From the NCBI GenBank assembly GCA_036520875.1, contig DATDIT010000021.1:3149-67148 (forward strand): a DNA stretch of 64,000 bases, in the 5' to 3' direction. Every line of letters begins with the position of its first letter. The stretch's first letter is position 1. The stretch is from Candidatus Acidiferrales bacterium (GTDB taxonomy: Bacteria > Acidobacteriota > Terriglobia > Acidiferrales > UBA7541). The notes beneath the pieces are model-generated. The model did no database searches, had not been told where the DNA came from, and saw only the letters and a list, made by a program, of their open reading frames with translations. Shown here in pieces: positions 1 to 9,286 of the stretch. The position numbers and the translations under genes are program-made.

Positions 1-207
1 CGCGAGACCAAGGATCACTCCTTTTCCGTCGACGACGAATTTGCAATCCATGGTGTCGCTATGGCGCGTGGCGATGGCGTTCCAACAATGCGAAAAGCGG
101 CAGTGGTAAACGAAATCGGTAACTTTCGACGGCACGTCGAAGGCGCCGATAAATTCGCTCATCGCGCCCGCGTTGGGGATGGTCGGATACGCAGAAGCTT
201 TGGCCAT
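1..207 (-). CDS. hypothetical protein, N-terminal 69 codons (runs off the window edge)
   Basis: The reverse strand is open from ATG at 207-205 to position 1 (MAKASAYPTIPNAGAMSEFIGAFDVPSKVTDFVYHCRFSHCWNAIATRHSD...). The start lies 8 nt after the stop of the aminotransferase gene, so the two are probably co-transcribed. I recognise no family. Confidence 0.4.
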   Translation of the reverse strand, partial: MAKASAYPTIPNAGAMSEFIGAFDVPSKVTDFVYHCRFSHCWNAIATRHSDTMDCKFVVDGKGVILGLA

Positions 208-215
208 GAATCGGG

Positions 216-1439
216 CTACTTTCCGCCGGCCACAACGGCCGGCTGGGCTGACTGCTGATAATTGTGGATCGCCGCGGCCGTTGCTGCGCCAGCCGGCAGG
301 CGGAAACCCTGATCGGAAAGCGTCTTTTCCAGCGCCGCGAGGAAAAGGAGGACGTTGGTGCGCTGGCTGGAGTAACCCATCAGGCCAATTCGCCAGATTT
401 TTCCCTTCACGGGGCCGAGGCCACCGGCGATTTCGATATTAAATTCATCAAGCAATTGCCGGCGCACCTTGCCATCTTCAATCCCAGCGGGAATATTAAC
501 CGCCGTTACGGTGACAAGCCGGTCGGCTGGGTTGGAAACAAAAATTTCCAGCCCAATCGCTTCGAGTCCGGCAATGAGCGCCTCCTGGTTCAGACGATGG
601 CGTTCCCATCGAGCCTCAAGCCCTTCGTCGAGAACGGCGCGGAGCGCCTCGCGCAGGCCGTAAATCAAGCTGATGGGCGGGGTGTGGTGATAGAGCCGCT
701 CCTTGCCCCAATAACTCATGGCTGGCGTGAGGTCGAAGTACCAACTGCGCACCGGCTCCTTGCGTGCGTGCATAACCTCTTCCACGCGGGTACTCACGGT
801 GATAGGCGCCATTCCGGGCGGGGCGCTGAGGGCTTTCTGTGTTCCGCTGAAGCAGATGTCTATTCGTTGTCTCTCAACGTCCAAGGGAACACCTGCGAGG
901 GTGGCGACGGCATCGACCACGAGCAAGGCGCCGAGTTCGTCGGCGACTTTGCGGTAGTCCTCGATGCGCTGAACGATTCCGGAGGAGGTTTCGCCGTGCG
1001 TGAGACCGACAAATTTAATTTTCCTGCCCTTGCCGGCGCGAAGAACGTCCGCCGGATCCACGGTGCGACCGTAGGGCGCCTCCACGCGTGTTACCTTGGC
1101 GGGTATACGCTCGGCGATGATGGCCATTCGCTCGGAAAAAGCGCCGTTCACACATACGATGCATTCGTCGCCAGTTTCCAGCGGGTTCATAACGGCAGCT
1201 TCGATCCCGCCGGAACCCGAAGCGGAAATCGGAAAGGTGATGCGATTCTGGGTGCGAAAGACCTGGCGCAAAAGCGTCTGAACGTCGTCCATCATTCCGG
1301 TGAACCATGGGTCCATATGGCCAACGAGTGGCGCAGCCATCGCGCGATAGACGCGCGGATCCACACAGGAGGGGCCGGGCGTAAGCATCAGTCTGTGGGG
1401 CGGGAGAAGTTCGCCGATGATATCTTCTTTATTACTCAT
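216..1439 (-). CDS. class V pyridoxal-phosphate aminotransferase (alanine-glyoxylate / serine-pyruvate aminotransferase-like)
   Basis: This is a 407-aa ORF. The N-terminus LMLTPGPSCVDPRVYRAMA is typical of AGXT/SPT-type enzymes. It has a GETSSG segment, a DAVATLAG segment, and the Schiff-base lysine context FSGTQKAL. Confidence 0.85.
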   Translation of the reverse strand: MSNKEDIIGELLPPHRLMLTPGPSCVDPRVYRAMAAPLVGHMDPWFTGMMDDVQTLLRQVFRTQNRITFPISASGSGGIEAAVMNPLETGDECIVCVNGAFSERMAIIAERIPAKVTRVEAPYGRTVDPADVLRAGKGRKIKFVGLTHGETSSGIVQRIEDYRKVADELGALLVVDAVATLAGVPLDVERQRIDICFSGTQKALSAPPGMAPITVSTRVEEVMHARKEPVRSWYFDLTPAMSYWGKERLYHHTPPISLIYGLREALRAVLDEGLEARWERHRLNQEALIAGLEAIGLEIFVSNPADRLVTVTAVNIPAGIEDGKVRRQLLDEFNIEIAGGLGPVKGKIWRIGLMGYSSQRTNVLLFLAALEKTLSDQGFRLPAGAATAAAIHNYQQSAQPAVVAGGK

Positions 1440-1743
1440 GATATCTGACCTCTATTTGCAGTCGCTGCCTCGGCTCCTAGTCTACAGCAATGGGTGAAGC
1501 TTCGGCGGACGATAAGTCGTTGAAATCAAGCAGCTATGTCAGCACCAGTCTCGCTAAATCCAAGCTTTAAGGTCAACCTCCAAAATGGCTGGTTGCCGGG
1601 CGATGTCGCCGGCGCGCAGCCGAGGGCGCGGGTATTGGATGGCTAAAGAGTTGGGTGCGAGAGGGGTTGGCGATTTCGCAAACCGTATTTTCGGTTTGTT
1701 GAAAGGCCCATACCCCTATGCTAGATTTTCAAATTGACCCCTC

Positions 1744-3033
1744 TTGACGATGATTAGCGAAAAATCAGCCGTGACGGCGAAGCAACCTGTCTCTCGTGTA
1801 GAGGTGTATTGGCACACGGTGAAGTATCGCACCGTGGTTCTCTACGCGGTTGTACTCACTACGATCGGCCTGACGTTCGCTTACCTGGTGTTCCCGGATT
1901 TCTCAGCCAATATTCTGCACAAGGTTTCAGACGCGGTCGGACACACCGACAAAGGAGTGGCCGCGAGCATTTCGGCACGGCAAGCGCGCTTTGTGAATTT
2001 GGACGGAAGGGTGCAGGTGAAGAAGGTAAACTCCGTCCAGTGGATGAATGCCGACTATCAGACAACGCTGGACAAGGGCGACCTAATCCAGACGGGCTCC
2101 GAAGGTGTGGCCCGCATCGCATTTGCCGACGGCACGACGTACACGGTGAAGGGCGACACGCTGGTGACGGTGGAAGAAAATATCGTAGGTCAAGACCGCG
2201 CCTCGCAGGTTGCCGTGCACATCAGTTCCGGCCAAGTGGATTTGGCGACGGGCACGTGGCAAATGCCGGGATCAAAGGCCCAGGTGTCATTCGAAAACGC
2301 CGTGGCCTCCCTGCGATCCAACAGCCGGGCAGCAGTCCGTAGCGACCCGGCAACCAACCAGCAAGATATTACCGTGGATGCCGGAAGCGCCGAATTGAGC
2401 CGAGGCAACGAGCACGTGGACATCGGGCAGTACGAACGCGCCGTGGTGCCGACCGGCGCAGGCCCGATTACCATGAGCCAAGTATTGGCGCCGCCAGAAC
2501 TGATCGCGCCGCTCAACCTGCAGCCGGTGATTGTGGCCGATCCCAAACACGATGCCATCCATTTTTCGTGGAAGCCGGCGGCTACAGCGAAGCTCTATGA
2601 ATTCCAGGCCAGCACGGCGACGATGTTCAATCACATCGTGATCGACAAGAAGACCTCGGCGACAAGCATAGACATCGCCGGCATGGACCCCGGCGTTTAT
2701 TTCTGGAGAGTGCGCGCGATCGATGAAAAAAATAACGTAAGCGATGCGAGCGACTCGTACAAGTTCACGCTGGCAGTGCAGGGCAAGGAACAGGAGATGC
2801 GGCTGGACGTGGACGATACGGAGCTGCATGGCAGCGTGGTGGAGGTGATCGGGCGCACCGAACCTGGCGCGGCCCTGATCATCAATGGTGAACAAGTTGC
2901 GGATATGACGTCGGACGGCCATTTCCGCTATTTCACGGAACCGATGACGCACGGCAGCCATACCATCGTGATTACGGGACAAAATCGGCGCGGGGGGACG
3001 GCAATCAAGCGAGTTGATGTAGTAATTCCGTAA
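1744..3033 (+). CDS. membrane-anchored FecR-domain protein with C-terminal Ig/FN3-like region
   Basis: This is a 429-aa ORF with one N-terminal TM helix (VVLYAVVLTTIGLTFAYLVF). A FecR-like beta segment follows (GRVQVKKVNSVQWMNADYQTTLDKGDLIQTGSEGVARIAFADGTTYTVKGDTLVTVEE). The start codon is TTG in the ORF track, and an ATG lies 2 codons later. Confidence 0.6.
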   Translation: MTMISEKSAVTAKQPVSRVEVYWHTVKYRTVVLYAVVLTTIGLTFAYLVFPDFSANILHKVSDAVGHTDKGVAASISARQARFVNLDGRVQVKKVNSVQWMNADYQTTLDKGDLIQTGSEGVARIAFADGTTYTVKGDTLVTVEENIVGQDRASQVAVHISSGQVDLATGTWQMPGSKAQVSFENAVASLRSNSRAAVRSDPATNQQDITVDAGSAELSRGNEHVDIGQYERAVVPTGAGPITMSQVLAPPELIAPLNLQPVIVADPKHDAIHFSWKPAATAKLYEFQASTATMFNHIVIDKKTSATSIDIAGMDPGVYFWRVRAIDEKNNVSDASDSYKFTLAVQGKEQEMRLDVDDTELHGSVVEVIGRTEPGAALIINGEQVADMTSDGHFRYFTEPMTHGSHTIVITGQNRRGGTAIKRVDVVIP

Positions 3034-3109
3034 ATGAACTAAGGGCTGTATTGGAAAGCGAACGTTCGCTGCAGGGCACTCAGGCGAAATCCGGGGGGAG
3101 AAGCAATCG

Positions 3110-4150
3110 GTGAACAAAAACGGCTATAGCATGCGGTCGGTCTTCAGTCTCTTTTCCTCCGACCTGGCCATTGATCTGGGGACGGCAAACACTCTGGTGT
3201 TTGCACGAAGCAAAGGCGTGGTGGTGAACGAGCCTTCGATCGTGGCTATCAATAAGACCAACGGAGAAGTAGTGGCCGTTGGCCGCGAGGCCAAGGAAAT
3301 GCTGGGGCGGACACCGGGCAACGTGGTCGCCATCAAGCCAATGAAGGATGGGGTGATCGCGGACTTCAAGGTGACAGAAAAAATGCTCACCTATTTCATC
3401 CAGAAGGCCCACAACCGGCGCGTACTGGTCCATCCACGCATCGTAATCGGCGTGCCCAGCGAAATCACACCAGTGGAAAAGCGTGCGGTGCAGGACTCCG
3501 CCTATCGCGCTCGGGCGAGCGAGGTGTACCTGGTGGAGCAAGCGATGGCCGCCGCGATCGGCGCCGGATTGCCTATCGAGGAGCCCTCGGGAAATATGGT
3601 AGTGGATATCGGCGGCGGCACCACGGATATCGCTGTAATCTCGATGAGCGGCATCGTCTATTCGCGTTCGGTGCGGGTGGCCGGAAACGAAATGGACGAA
3701 TCGGTGATGCACTATTTGAAGCGCAAGTACAATTTGCTGGTTGGCGAGCGGACTGCCGAGCAGATCAAGATAGAGATCGGGTCCGCCTATCCTCTTGAGA
3801 AGCCGATGACTCTCGAGGTGAAAGGCCGCAATCTAATCGAGGGCGTACCGCGCACAGTGACCATCGACGACAGCGAAATCCGCGAGGCACTTTCCGAGAA
3901 CATTTCGACCATCGTGAACGCGATCCGGGTGGCCCTGGAGCGCACACCGCCGGAACTTTCCGCCGATATAAGCGACCGCGGCATCGTGCTGACCGGAGGC
4001 GGCGCGCTGATCAAGAATCTCGATAAACGTATCCGCGAGGAAACGGGGCTGCCGGTTTCGATCGCTGATGATCCGCTAGCTTCGGTGGTGCTGGGCACCG
4101 GAAAAATGCTCAGCGACTTCAGGCTGCTGCGGCTGGTTTCGATCGATTGA
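3110..4150 (+). CDS. mreB: rod shape-determining actin homologue MreB
   Basis: Actin-fold motifs are present: DLAIDLGTANTLVF, NEPSIVAI and VVDIGGGTTDIAVIS. The gene is followed by mreC and mreD. GTG at 3110 has a GGGGGGAGAAG Shine-Dalgarno 7 nt upstream, and ATG at 3131 is an alternative start. Confidence 0.95.
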   Translation: MNKNGYSMRSVFSLFSSDLAIDLGTANTLVFARSKGVVVNEPSIVAINKTNGEVVAVGREAKEMLGRTPGNVVAIKPMKDGVIADFKVTEKMLTYFIQKAHNRRVLVHPRIVIGVPSEITPVEKRAVQDSAYRARASEVYLVEQAMAAAIGAGLPIEEPSGNMVVDIGGGTTDIAVISMSGIVYSRSVRVAGNEMDESVMHYLKRKYNLLVGERTAEQIKIEIGSAYPLEKPMTLEVKGRNLIEGVPRTVTIDDSEIREALSENISTIVNAIRVALERTPPELSADISDRGIVLTGGGALIKNLDKRIREETGLPVSIADDPLASVVLGTGKMLSDFRLLRLVSID

Positions 4151-4263
4151 AGCTGTCGAAAGAGTTTTGGATTAAAGAACAAGAATTCAGTATCGAAAAG
4201 TTGGACCGTTGACCTCCATCCTTTCAATTACTTTAGACGCTCCGCGAACTTGGGACCTTTAGA

Positions 4264-5292
4264 ATGCTGGACGCATCCATTTCCCGTCATCGTCCACTGG
4301 CCTTGCTGGCTGGCCTAATCCTCTCGCAAGTATTGCTGCTGGCTTTCCAGATCAAGCGCGACCACGACGTGCGACTGATCCGGTATTGGACTGTGGAAGC
4401 CTTGATGCCGTTCGAGCGCGGAGGCACCTGGTCCTTTTCGAAGGTAGGAGACATTTGGGACGGATATATCGGTTTGCGGGGCACGCGCGCCGAAAACGCA
4501 AGTTTGCATGCGCGAGTCGATCAGTTGCAGATTCTCAACCGGCAACTGGGAAGCGAAGCCGCGGAAGCTCAACGCTTGAGCGCGCTTTTGGGTTTCCGGG
4601 AGACTCATGTGGAAGCTCCGATGCTTGCCGCACAGGTGATCGGGGCTAGTTCTGACGCGTCCTCAAATACGCTTTTCGTTAACCGAGGGCAACGGGATCG
4701 AGTGCGCCCCAATATGCCGGTGATCACTCCCGAGGGCATCGTCGGAAAAATTGTGGAGGTCTTTCCCGGTACCGCGCAGGTATTGCTCATTAACGACAGA
4801 GACAGCGGGGTGGGCGCTCTTCTCGAGGATTCCCGTACACACGGCGTGGTGAAAGGCAGCGGCGATCCCGAGCCGCGCCTCGACTATGTGGTGAACGACG
4901 AAAAAGTCCACGCAGGCGAATTGATTCTCACTTCCGGCGAAGACCGCATTTTCCCGAAGGGATTGCTGATCGGGTCGGTGAGCAGCGCGAACCCGGGAAA
5001 TCCATTTCAAGCGATTCGCGTCCGGACGGCTGCGCGGCTTGACCGTCTGGAAGACGTGCTGATCCTGCTCTCACAGCAGGAGCTTGTTCCGAAAAAGACG
5101 GCCGAATCGGGGGGCGCGAAGGAGAACCAGTCGAATTCGCAAGGTATCGTGCACCCCGTGACACCGCCGCCGGCTGCCGAGCGAACGTTGAAGAATCCTG
5201 TTCCTTCAAACGCCGTGAAACCGGCGGCGCCGAGCGGCGAGCAAACAGCGTCCCCAGCACCACCGCAAGCGGCGGCCGCCTCTCATAACTGA
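4264..5292 (+). CDS. mreC: rod shape-determining protein MreC
   Basis: It lies directly after mreB. It has an N-terminal TM helix, a coiled-coil (LHARVDQLQILNRQLGSEAAEAQRL) and MreC beta-barrel segments (MPVITPEGIVGKIVEV, SGVGALL, GELILTSG). The tail is Pro/Ala-rich. Confidence 0.85.
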   Translation: MLDASISRHRPLALLAGLILSQVLLLAFQIKRDHDVRLIRYWTVEALMPFERGGTWSFSKVGDIWDGYIGLRGTRAENASLHARVDQLQILNRQLGSEAAEAQRLSALLGFRETHVEAPMLAAQVIGASSDASSNTLFVNRGQRDRVRPNMPVITPEGIVGKIVEVFPGTAQVLLINDRDSGVGALLEDSRTHGVVKGSGDPEPRLDYVVNDEKVHAGELILTSGEDRIFPKGLLIGSVSSANPGNPFQAIRVRTAARLDRLEDVLILLSQQELVPKKTAESGGAKENQSNSQGIVHPVTPPPAAERTLKNPVPSNAVKPAAPSGEQTASPAPPQAAAASHN

Positions 5293-5293
5293 T

Positions 5294-5827
5294 ATGGAGT
5301 ACACGCTAAATTCCGGGGCGCAGGCACCATCGAGCATCGAGGTACACAAGTACTACGGCGGCACCGTGGTGCTTGCGGTTTTTCTGGCGCTGGTTTTTCA
5401 GGGCGTCTTTCACAAGTTCGGCCACTGGTCGGAGCTGGTGGATCTGCCGCTGTTGGTGACCATTTATTTCGGTGTGAGCCGGCGCAATCCCGTGAGCGGG
5501 ATGTTCCTGGGAGCGGCCGTCGGTATTCTTCAGGATGCCCTTAGCCACGACAATCCGATTGGCCTCTACGGGATCGCCAAGACTCTTGTGGGATACCTTG
5601 CTTCCTCGGTGGGAGCTCGCATTGACACCGAACATCCGGCCAGCCGCTTTGCTCTGATTTTCCTATTTTTTCATTTTCATCAAGTTGTTTTTGCAATATC
5701 GGAGCGCGTTCTGCTGAATCATCCTGCCCCCTTCTTTACTATGCCGCTGCTGCGCGATTCCTTGGTCACCGCTGCTGTAGGTGTGCTGATTTTCGCCGGT
5801 CTCGACCGTCTGCGACGTTCCTCCTAA
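5294..5827 (+). CDS. mreD: rod shape-determining protein MreD
   Basis: It starts 1 nt after the mreC stop. The 177-aa protein is polytopic and hydrophobic, and its position and size are typical of MreD. Confidence 0.75.
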   Translation: MEYTLNSGAQAPSSIEVHKYYGGTVVLAVFLALVFQGVFHKFGHWSELVDLPLLVTIYFGVSRRNPVSGMFLGAAVGILQDALSHDNPIGLYGIAKTLVGYLASSVGARIDTEHPASRFALIFLFFHFHQVVFAISERVLLNHPAPFFTMPLLRDSLVTAAVGVLIFAGLDRLRRSS

Positions 5828-5971
5828 GAGGAACAGCTTGCATATCGAGCGCACCTAGAGATTTTTTGCGAATACGAGGCCGTGGATGCATTAAAATCGA
5901 TGACCCCGGCCTATTTTACATTTCGAGCTTATTTCGTTGGTCCACAATTACGTAGTCGAGGAGCGCGTTAC

Positions 5972-8437
5972 ATGATTTTGCGGAAGCTCTCTGACCGCAG
6001 AATTCCTGGATGCCTGATGTGCTGCTTGCTTGGCGCAGGGTTGTTGTTGAGCGCCCGACCGGCTCAAGCGGATCCGGCGGCGGCCTTCGATTTGGTGGGG
6101 CCGAGCCTGGAAGTGAATGTAACACGGGCCGGCAAGACGCTTCCGATAGCGGATGTCGCAAGCCTCCAATCGGGTGACCGGCTTTGGATTCATCCGGATT
6201 TGCCGGAGAGCCAATCGGTTCACTACCTGCTGATCGTCGCTTTTCTGCGCGGCACGACGAACCCGCCTCCGGAAGATTGGTTTACGCGAGCAGAAACTTG
6301 GAATAAGAAAGTTCGCACTGAAGGAATCGTGGTGACGGTACCCCCTACTGCTCAGCAGGTTCTGATGTTTCTGGCTCCCGAGACAGGCGGCGATTTTTCT
6401 ACCTTGCGTTCCGCCGTTCGCGGGCGGCCGGGCACCTTCGTCAGAGCCTCGCAGGATTTGAATGAAGCGAGCCTGGAACGTTCACGGCTCGACAAGTACT
6501 TGAGCGAGGTTAAACAAACTTCCGAAAACGAACCCAAGGTGCTGCAGCAGAGGTCGGAAGCATTGGCGCGCACGCTGAACATCAAAGTCGATCAAGGATG
6601 CTTTTACAAGCCGGAGGAGGAGCAAGCTCCGTGTCTAACGCAAAATACCGATCAGCTTGTTCTGGATGATGGGCACACGCAGTCCATGGTAGCGGCCCTG
6701 ACGGCCGGTCCGTCGACAGATTTGATCGGAGCTGTGAGCGCGACGCCTCTTGCCGGAGGAGGATCCTTCAGCCCCTACGTGGGAGCAATTGTCGACATGG
6801 CCAGACTCATGGGGACTTTGCATACCGCCGAGTATCAGTATATTCCGGCGCTTGCTCTGCCCCAGCAAAGCCATTTGAATCTTCGACTAAATAGCCCGCC
6901 TTCGTTTCGGAATCCGAAATCCGTGCTGGTGATTGGGTTCCCGCCGGTGGAAGCGCCGCAGCTTCCTCCGCTGCGTGCCGTGAATCCGGATGAAGTTTTG
7001 TGTCTACAGAAAACGCAACTCGTTCTACCGGTCCAGGGCGCACCCTTAGTGTTTTCAACTGCGATTGCGCATGACTTTGTGTTGCGTGTACCGGTAGCGA
7101 CGGGGCAGACGATTGATCTCCCGGCGACAGCGGACGCCGCGCGCGGCGGCTTTGCAATCGACGCGCATGCCTTGCCGCCGGGAAAGCCAAATTCGCAGGT
7201 CAAAGGAACGCTTCGGGGCTTCTGGGGCTTCGATGCGTATGAGGGCCCGAGCTTCAATCTGCGCGCGGCCCGCGCCGGAGAGTGGACGATTTCTCCCGAG
7301 GACCGTAGCGCACTCATCGCGGACCGAGACGATACCCTTCACCTCAAATCGGAAGGCGCCGTGTGCGTGGATCAAGTGACTATTGAGAACGCGCAGGGGA
7401 AAAATCTGAGTGCCACATGGAAGATTGCAAAACCGGATGAGCTGGAGGTACGAGCGCCGCTAAAGGGCGAAGCGGCGGGCCCAGTCAAAGTGAAGGTGAA
7501 ACAATTTGGGATAGCCGATCCTGAGGAACTTGAGTTAGTTGCGTATTCCGAGGCCGCCCATCTCGATAACTTCACGATCAATACCGGCGACCGCCAGGGG
7601 GTGCTAACGGGAACCCGGCTGGACGAAGTGCAGAAGCTGAAGCTGGATGGAATGGAATTTGTGCCTGGGAAACTATCGCGCGCGGATCAGAAGGACGAAT
7701 TGCCGCTCTTGGCTTCGAATTCCAATATGCCGCTGGCGGCGCCACCCGACCAGAAGTTAGTCGCGTATGTTTCCCTCAAGGATGGCCGCGTCCTCAATTT
7801 GCAAACGACCATTGAGCCGGCCCGTCCTAAGGTGGATTTGATCGGGAAGAGCATTCAGACCGGCGCCAGCGGTTCGGCGATTCGCTTCGCGAGCCAAGAT
7901 CAACTTCCGCAAGACGGCCGGATGTCTTTTTTCGTGAAAACTGAAATCCCCGATAAGTTTCCGAGGACGGAAAAGATCGAGGTAGCCAACGAGGACGAGT
8001 CGTTCAGCACGTTGCTCAGCATCAGTGATGGCAACATCGTGTTGCAGGATTCACAAACGGTGCTTGGCATCGTAGATCCTCTTAAGAATTTTGGCCCTTC
8101 TGCATTTGGAGCGCTGCGCTTCCGCGCCGTCAGCGAGGATGGCACCAAGGGAGATTGGCAGCCGCTTGCGGATCTAGTGCGAGTCCCATCACTCAAGGAA
8201 ATTCGCTGCCCCGACAGCCCGGATAAACCTTGCAAGCTCAGCGGGACCAATCTCTTCCTGATTGACTCCGTTGCCTCGGATTCGCAATTCACGCACACAA
8301 CACCCGTACCGCTAGGTTTCGCCGACAGTTCGCTGACAGTTCCACGCCCAAACGGCACGCTCTTGTACATCAAGCTCCGCGACGATCCATCAACCGCGGA
8401 TGCCGTAGTCCTTCCGGTGCTACCGGATCAGCAGTAA
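5972..8437 (+). CDS. large secreted hypothetical protein (821 codons from the internal ATG)
   Basis: The long ORF is 5882-8437. ATG at 5972 has a GAGGAG Shine-Dalgarno 9 nt upstream and gives a signal-peptide-like N-terminus (MILRKLSDRRIPGCLMCCLLGAGLLLSARPAQA/DPAA). I recognise no domain. Confidence 0.6.
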   Translation: MILRKLSDRRIPGCLMCCLLGAGLLLSARPAQADPAAAFDLVGPSLEVNVTRAGKTLPIADVASLQSGDRLWIHPDLPESQSVHYLLIVAFLRGTTNPPPEDWFTRAETWNKKVRTEGIVVTVPPTAQQVLMFLAPETGGDFSTLRSAVRGRPGTFVRASQDLNEASLERSRLDKYLSEVKQTSENEPKVLQQRSEALARTLNIKVDQGCFYKPEEEQAPCLTQNTDQLVLDDGHTQSMVAALTAGPSTDLIGAVSATPLAGGGSFSPYVGAIVDMARLMGTLHTAEYQYIPALALPQQSHLNLRLNSPPSFRNPKSVLVIGFPPVEAPQLPPLRAVNPDEVLCLQKTQLVLPVQGAPLVFSTAIAHDFVLRVPVATGQTIDLPATADAARGGFAIDAHALPPGKPNSQVKGTLRGFWGFDAYEGPSFNLRAARAGEWTISPEDRSALIADRDDTLHLKSEGAVCVDQVTIENAQGKNLSATWKIAKPDELEVRAPLKGEAAGPVKVKVKQFGIADPEELELVAYSEAAHLDNFTINTGDRQGVLTGTRLDEVQKLKLDGMEFVPGKLSRADQKDELPLLASNSNMPLAAPPDQKLVAYVSLKDGRVLNLQTTIEPARPKVDLIGKSIQTGASGSAIRFASQDQLPQDGRMSFFVKTEIPDKFPRTEKIEVANEDESFSTLLSISDGNIVLQDSQTVLGIVDPLKNFGPSAFGALRFRAVSEDGTKGDWQPLADLVRVPSLKEIRCPDSPDKPCKLSGTNLFLIDSVASDSQFTHTTPVPLGFADSSLTVPRPNGTLLYIKLRDDPSTADAVVLPVLPDQQ

Positions 8438-8530
8438 CTTTTGGGCGCTGCATGTCGATGAGAGGGGAGCGCCTGCCCGCCCGAATGATATTATTTTCGT
8501 CGCGGGCAGGATTCGCTTCAGGGGACGGAT

Positions 8531-9268
8531 TTGACACAGTCTTCAACTCCAGCCGAGATCGCAATCGAGCACCGCCGCAGCACGCGCGCGGTGCTGGCTT
8601 TGCCAATAATCGTGAAGGGCGTCGATGCGCTGCATGAGCCATTCAGGGAAAATACGAATACCGTTATGGTGAGCTGCCATGGTTGCAAATATCAATCCAA
8701 GCATTACGTACCGCGAGGCTCGGTCGTCGAGCTCGAAATTCCCCGGAGCCGGCAAGGCGCGCCACGCCAAGTTTCAGGAAAGGTGATCTGGGTTCAGAGG
8801 CCGCGGAATACCCGGGAAGTTTTTCACATTGCAGTGGATTTCGAGGTCCCCGGGAATGTATGGGGCATTCAACCTCCTCCCGGAGATTGGTTTCCGGTTC
8901 CGGGCGATCCGGAGCCTGCAGCTCCCGACAAGCAGGATGCGACAGCTTCGTGGGACGAAAGTGAAATCGCATCCACATCCAGAACCACCCCAATAAAGGC
9001 TGAAGCCGCAATCACGGCCCGAGAAGCGAATACGATTGACGTGGAAATTGTTTCCGGCGATGCCAGGGTAAAGGCTGAGATTCACTCGGTAATCGAAAAC
9101 GCCGTGAAGGCGGCGGTGGCGCAGCTCGCCAAATCAATCGTGGATGAGGCGCGCGAAGAGCGAATTGCCCTAGCCGCACAGTTGGACGCCAAGGTGCAGC
9201 AGGCGGTGGAGGCTGCCATAGCGAAACTGCCTTCCCCACAGCGCAAAAAGTCCAAAAAGAAAAGCTAG
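8531..9268 (+). CDS. PilZ-like domain protein with acidic/coiled-coil C-terminus
   Basis: An N-terminal RxxxR element (EHRRSTRAVLALPIIVKG) is followed by a beta-barrel-like segment. The second PilZ signature (D/N-x-S-x-x-G) is degenerate (MVSCHG). The start codon is TTG. Confidence 0.5.
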   Translation: MTQSSTPAEIAIEHRRSTRAVLALPIIVKGVDALHEPFRENTNTVMVSCHGCKYQSKHYVPRGSVVELEIPRSRQGAPRQVSGKVIWVQRPRNTREVFHIAVDFEVPGNVWGIQPPPGDWFPVPGDPEPAAPDKQDATASWDESEIASTSRTTPIKAEAAITAREANTIDVEIVSGDARVKAEIHSVIENAVKAAVAQLAKSIVDEAREERIALAAQLDAKVQQAVEAAIAKLPSPQRKKSKKKS

Positions 9269-9286
9269 CCACGCAGCCCGATCTGT

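Noticed and set aside
264-1448. A 394-aa ORF on the + strand covers the whole aminotransferase gene in antisense.
   Set aside because: It is a typical shadow ORF of GC-rich DNA. Its composition is Arg/Gly/Ala-rich with no recognisable motifs, while the opposite strand encodes a clear PLP aminotransferase.
2287-3712. Long minus-strand ORFs (2287-3117 and 3080-3712) lie antisense to the FecR-like gene and mreB.
   Set aside because: Their translations are Arg/His-rich and low in information. They lie opposite confidently identified genes.
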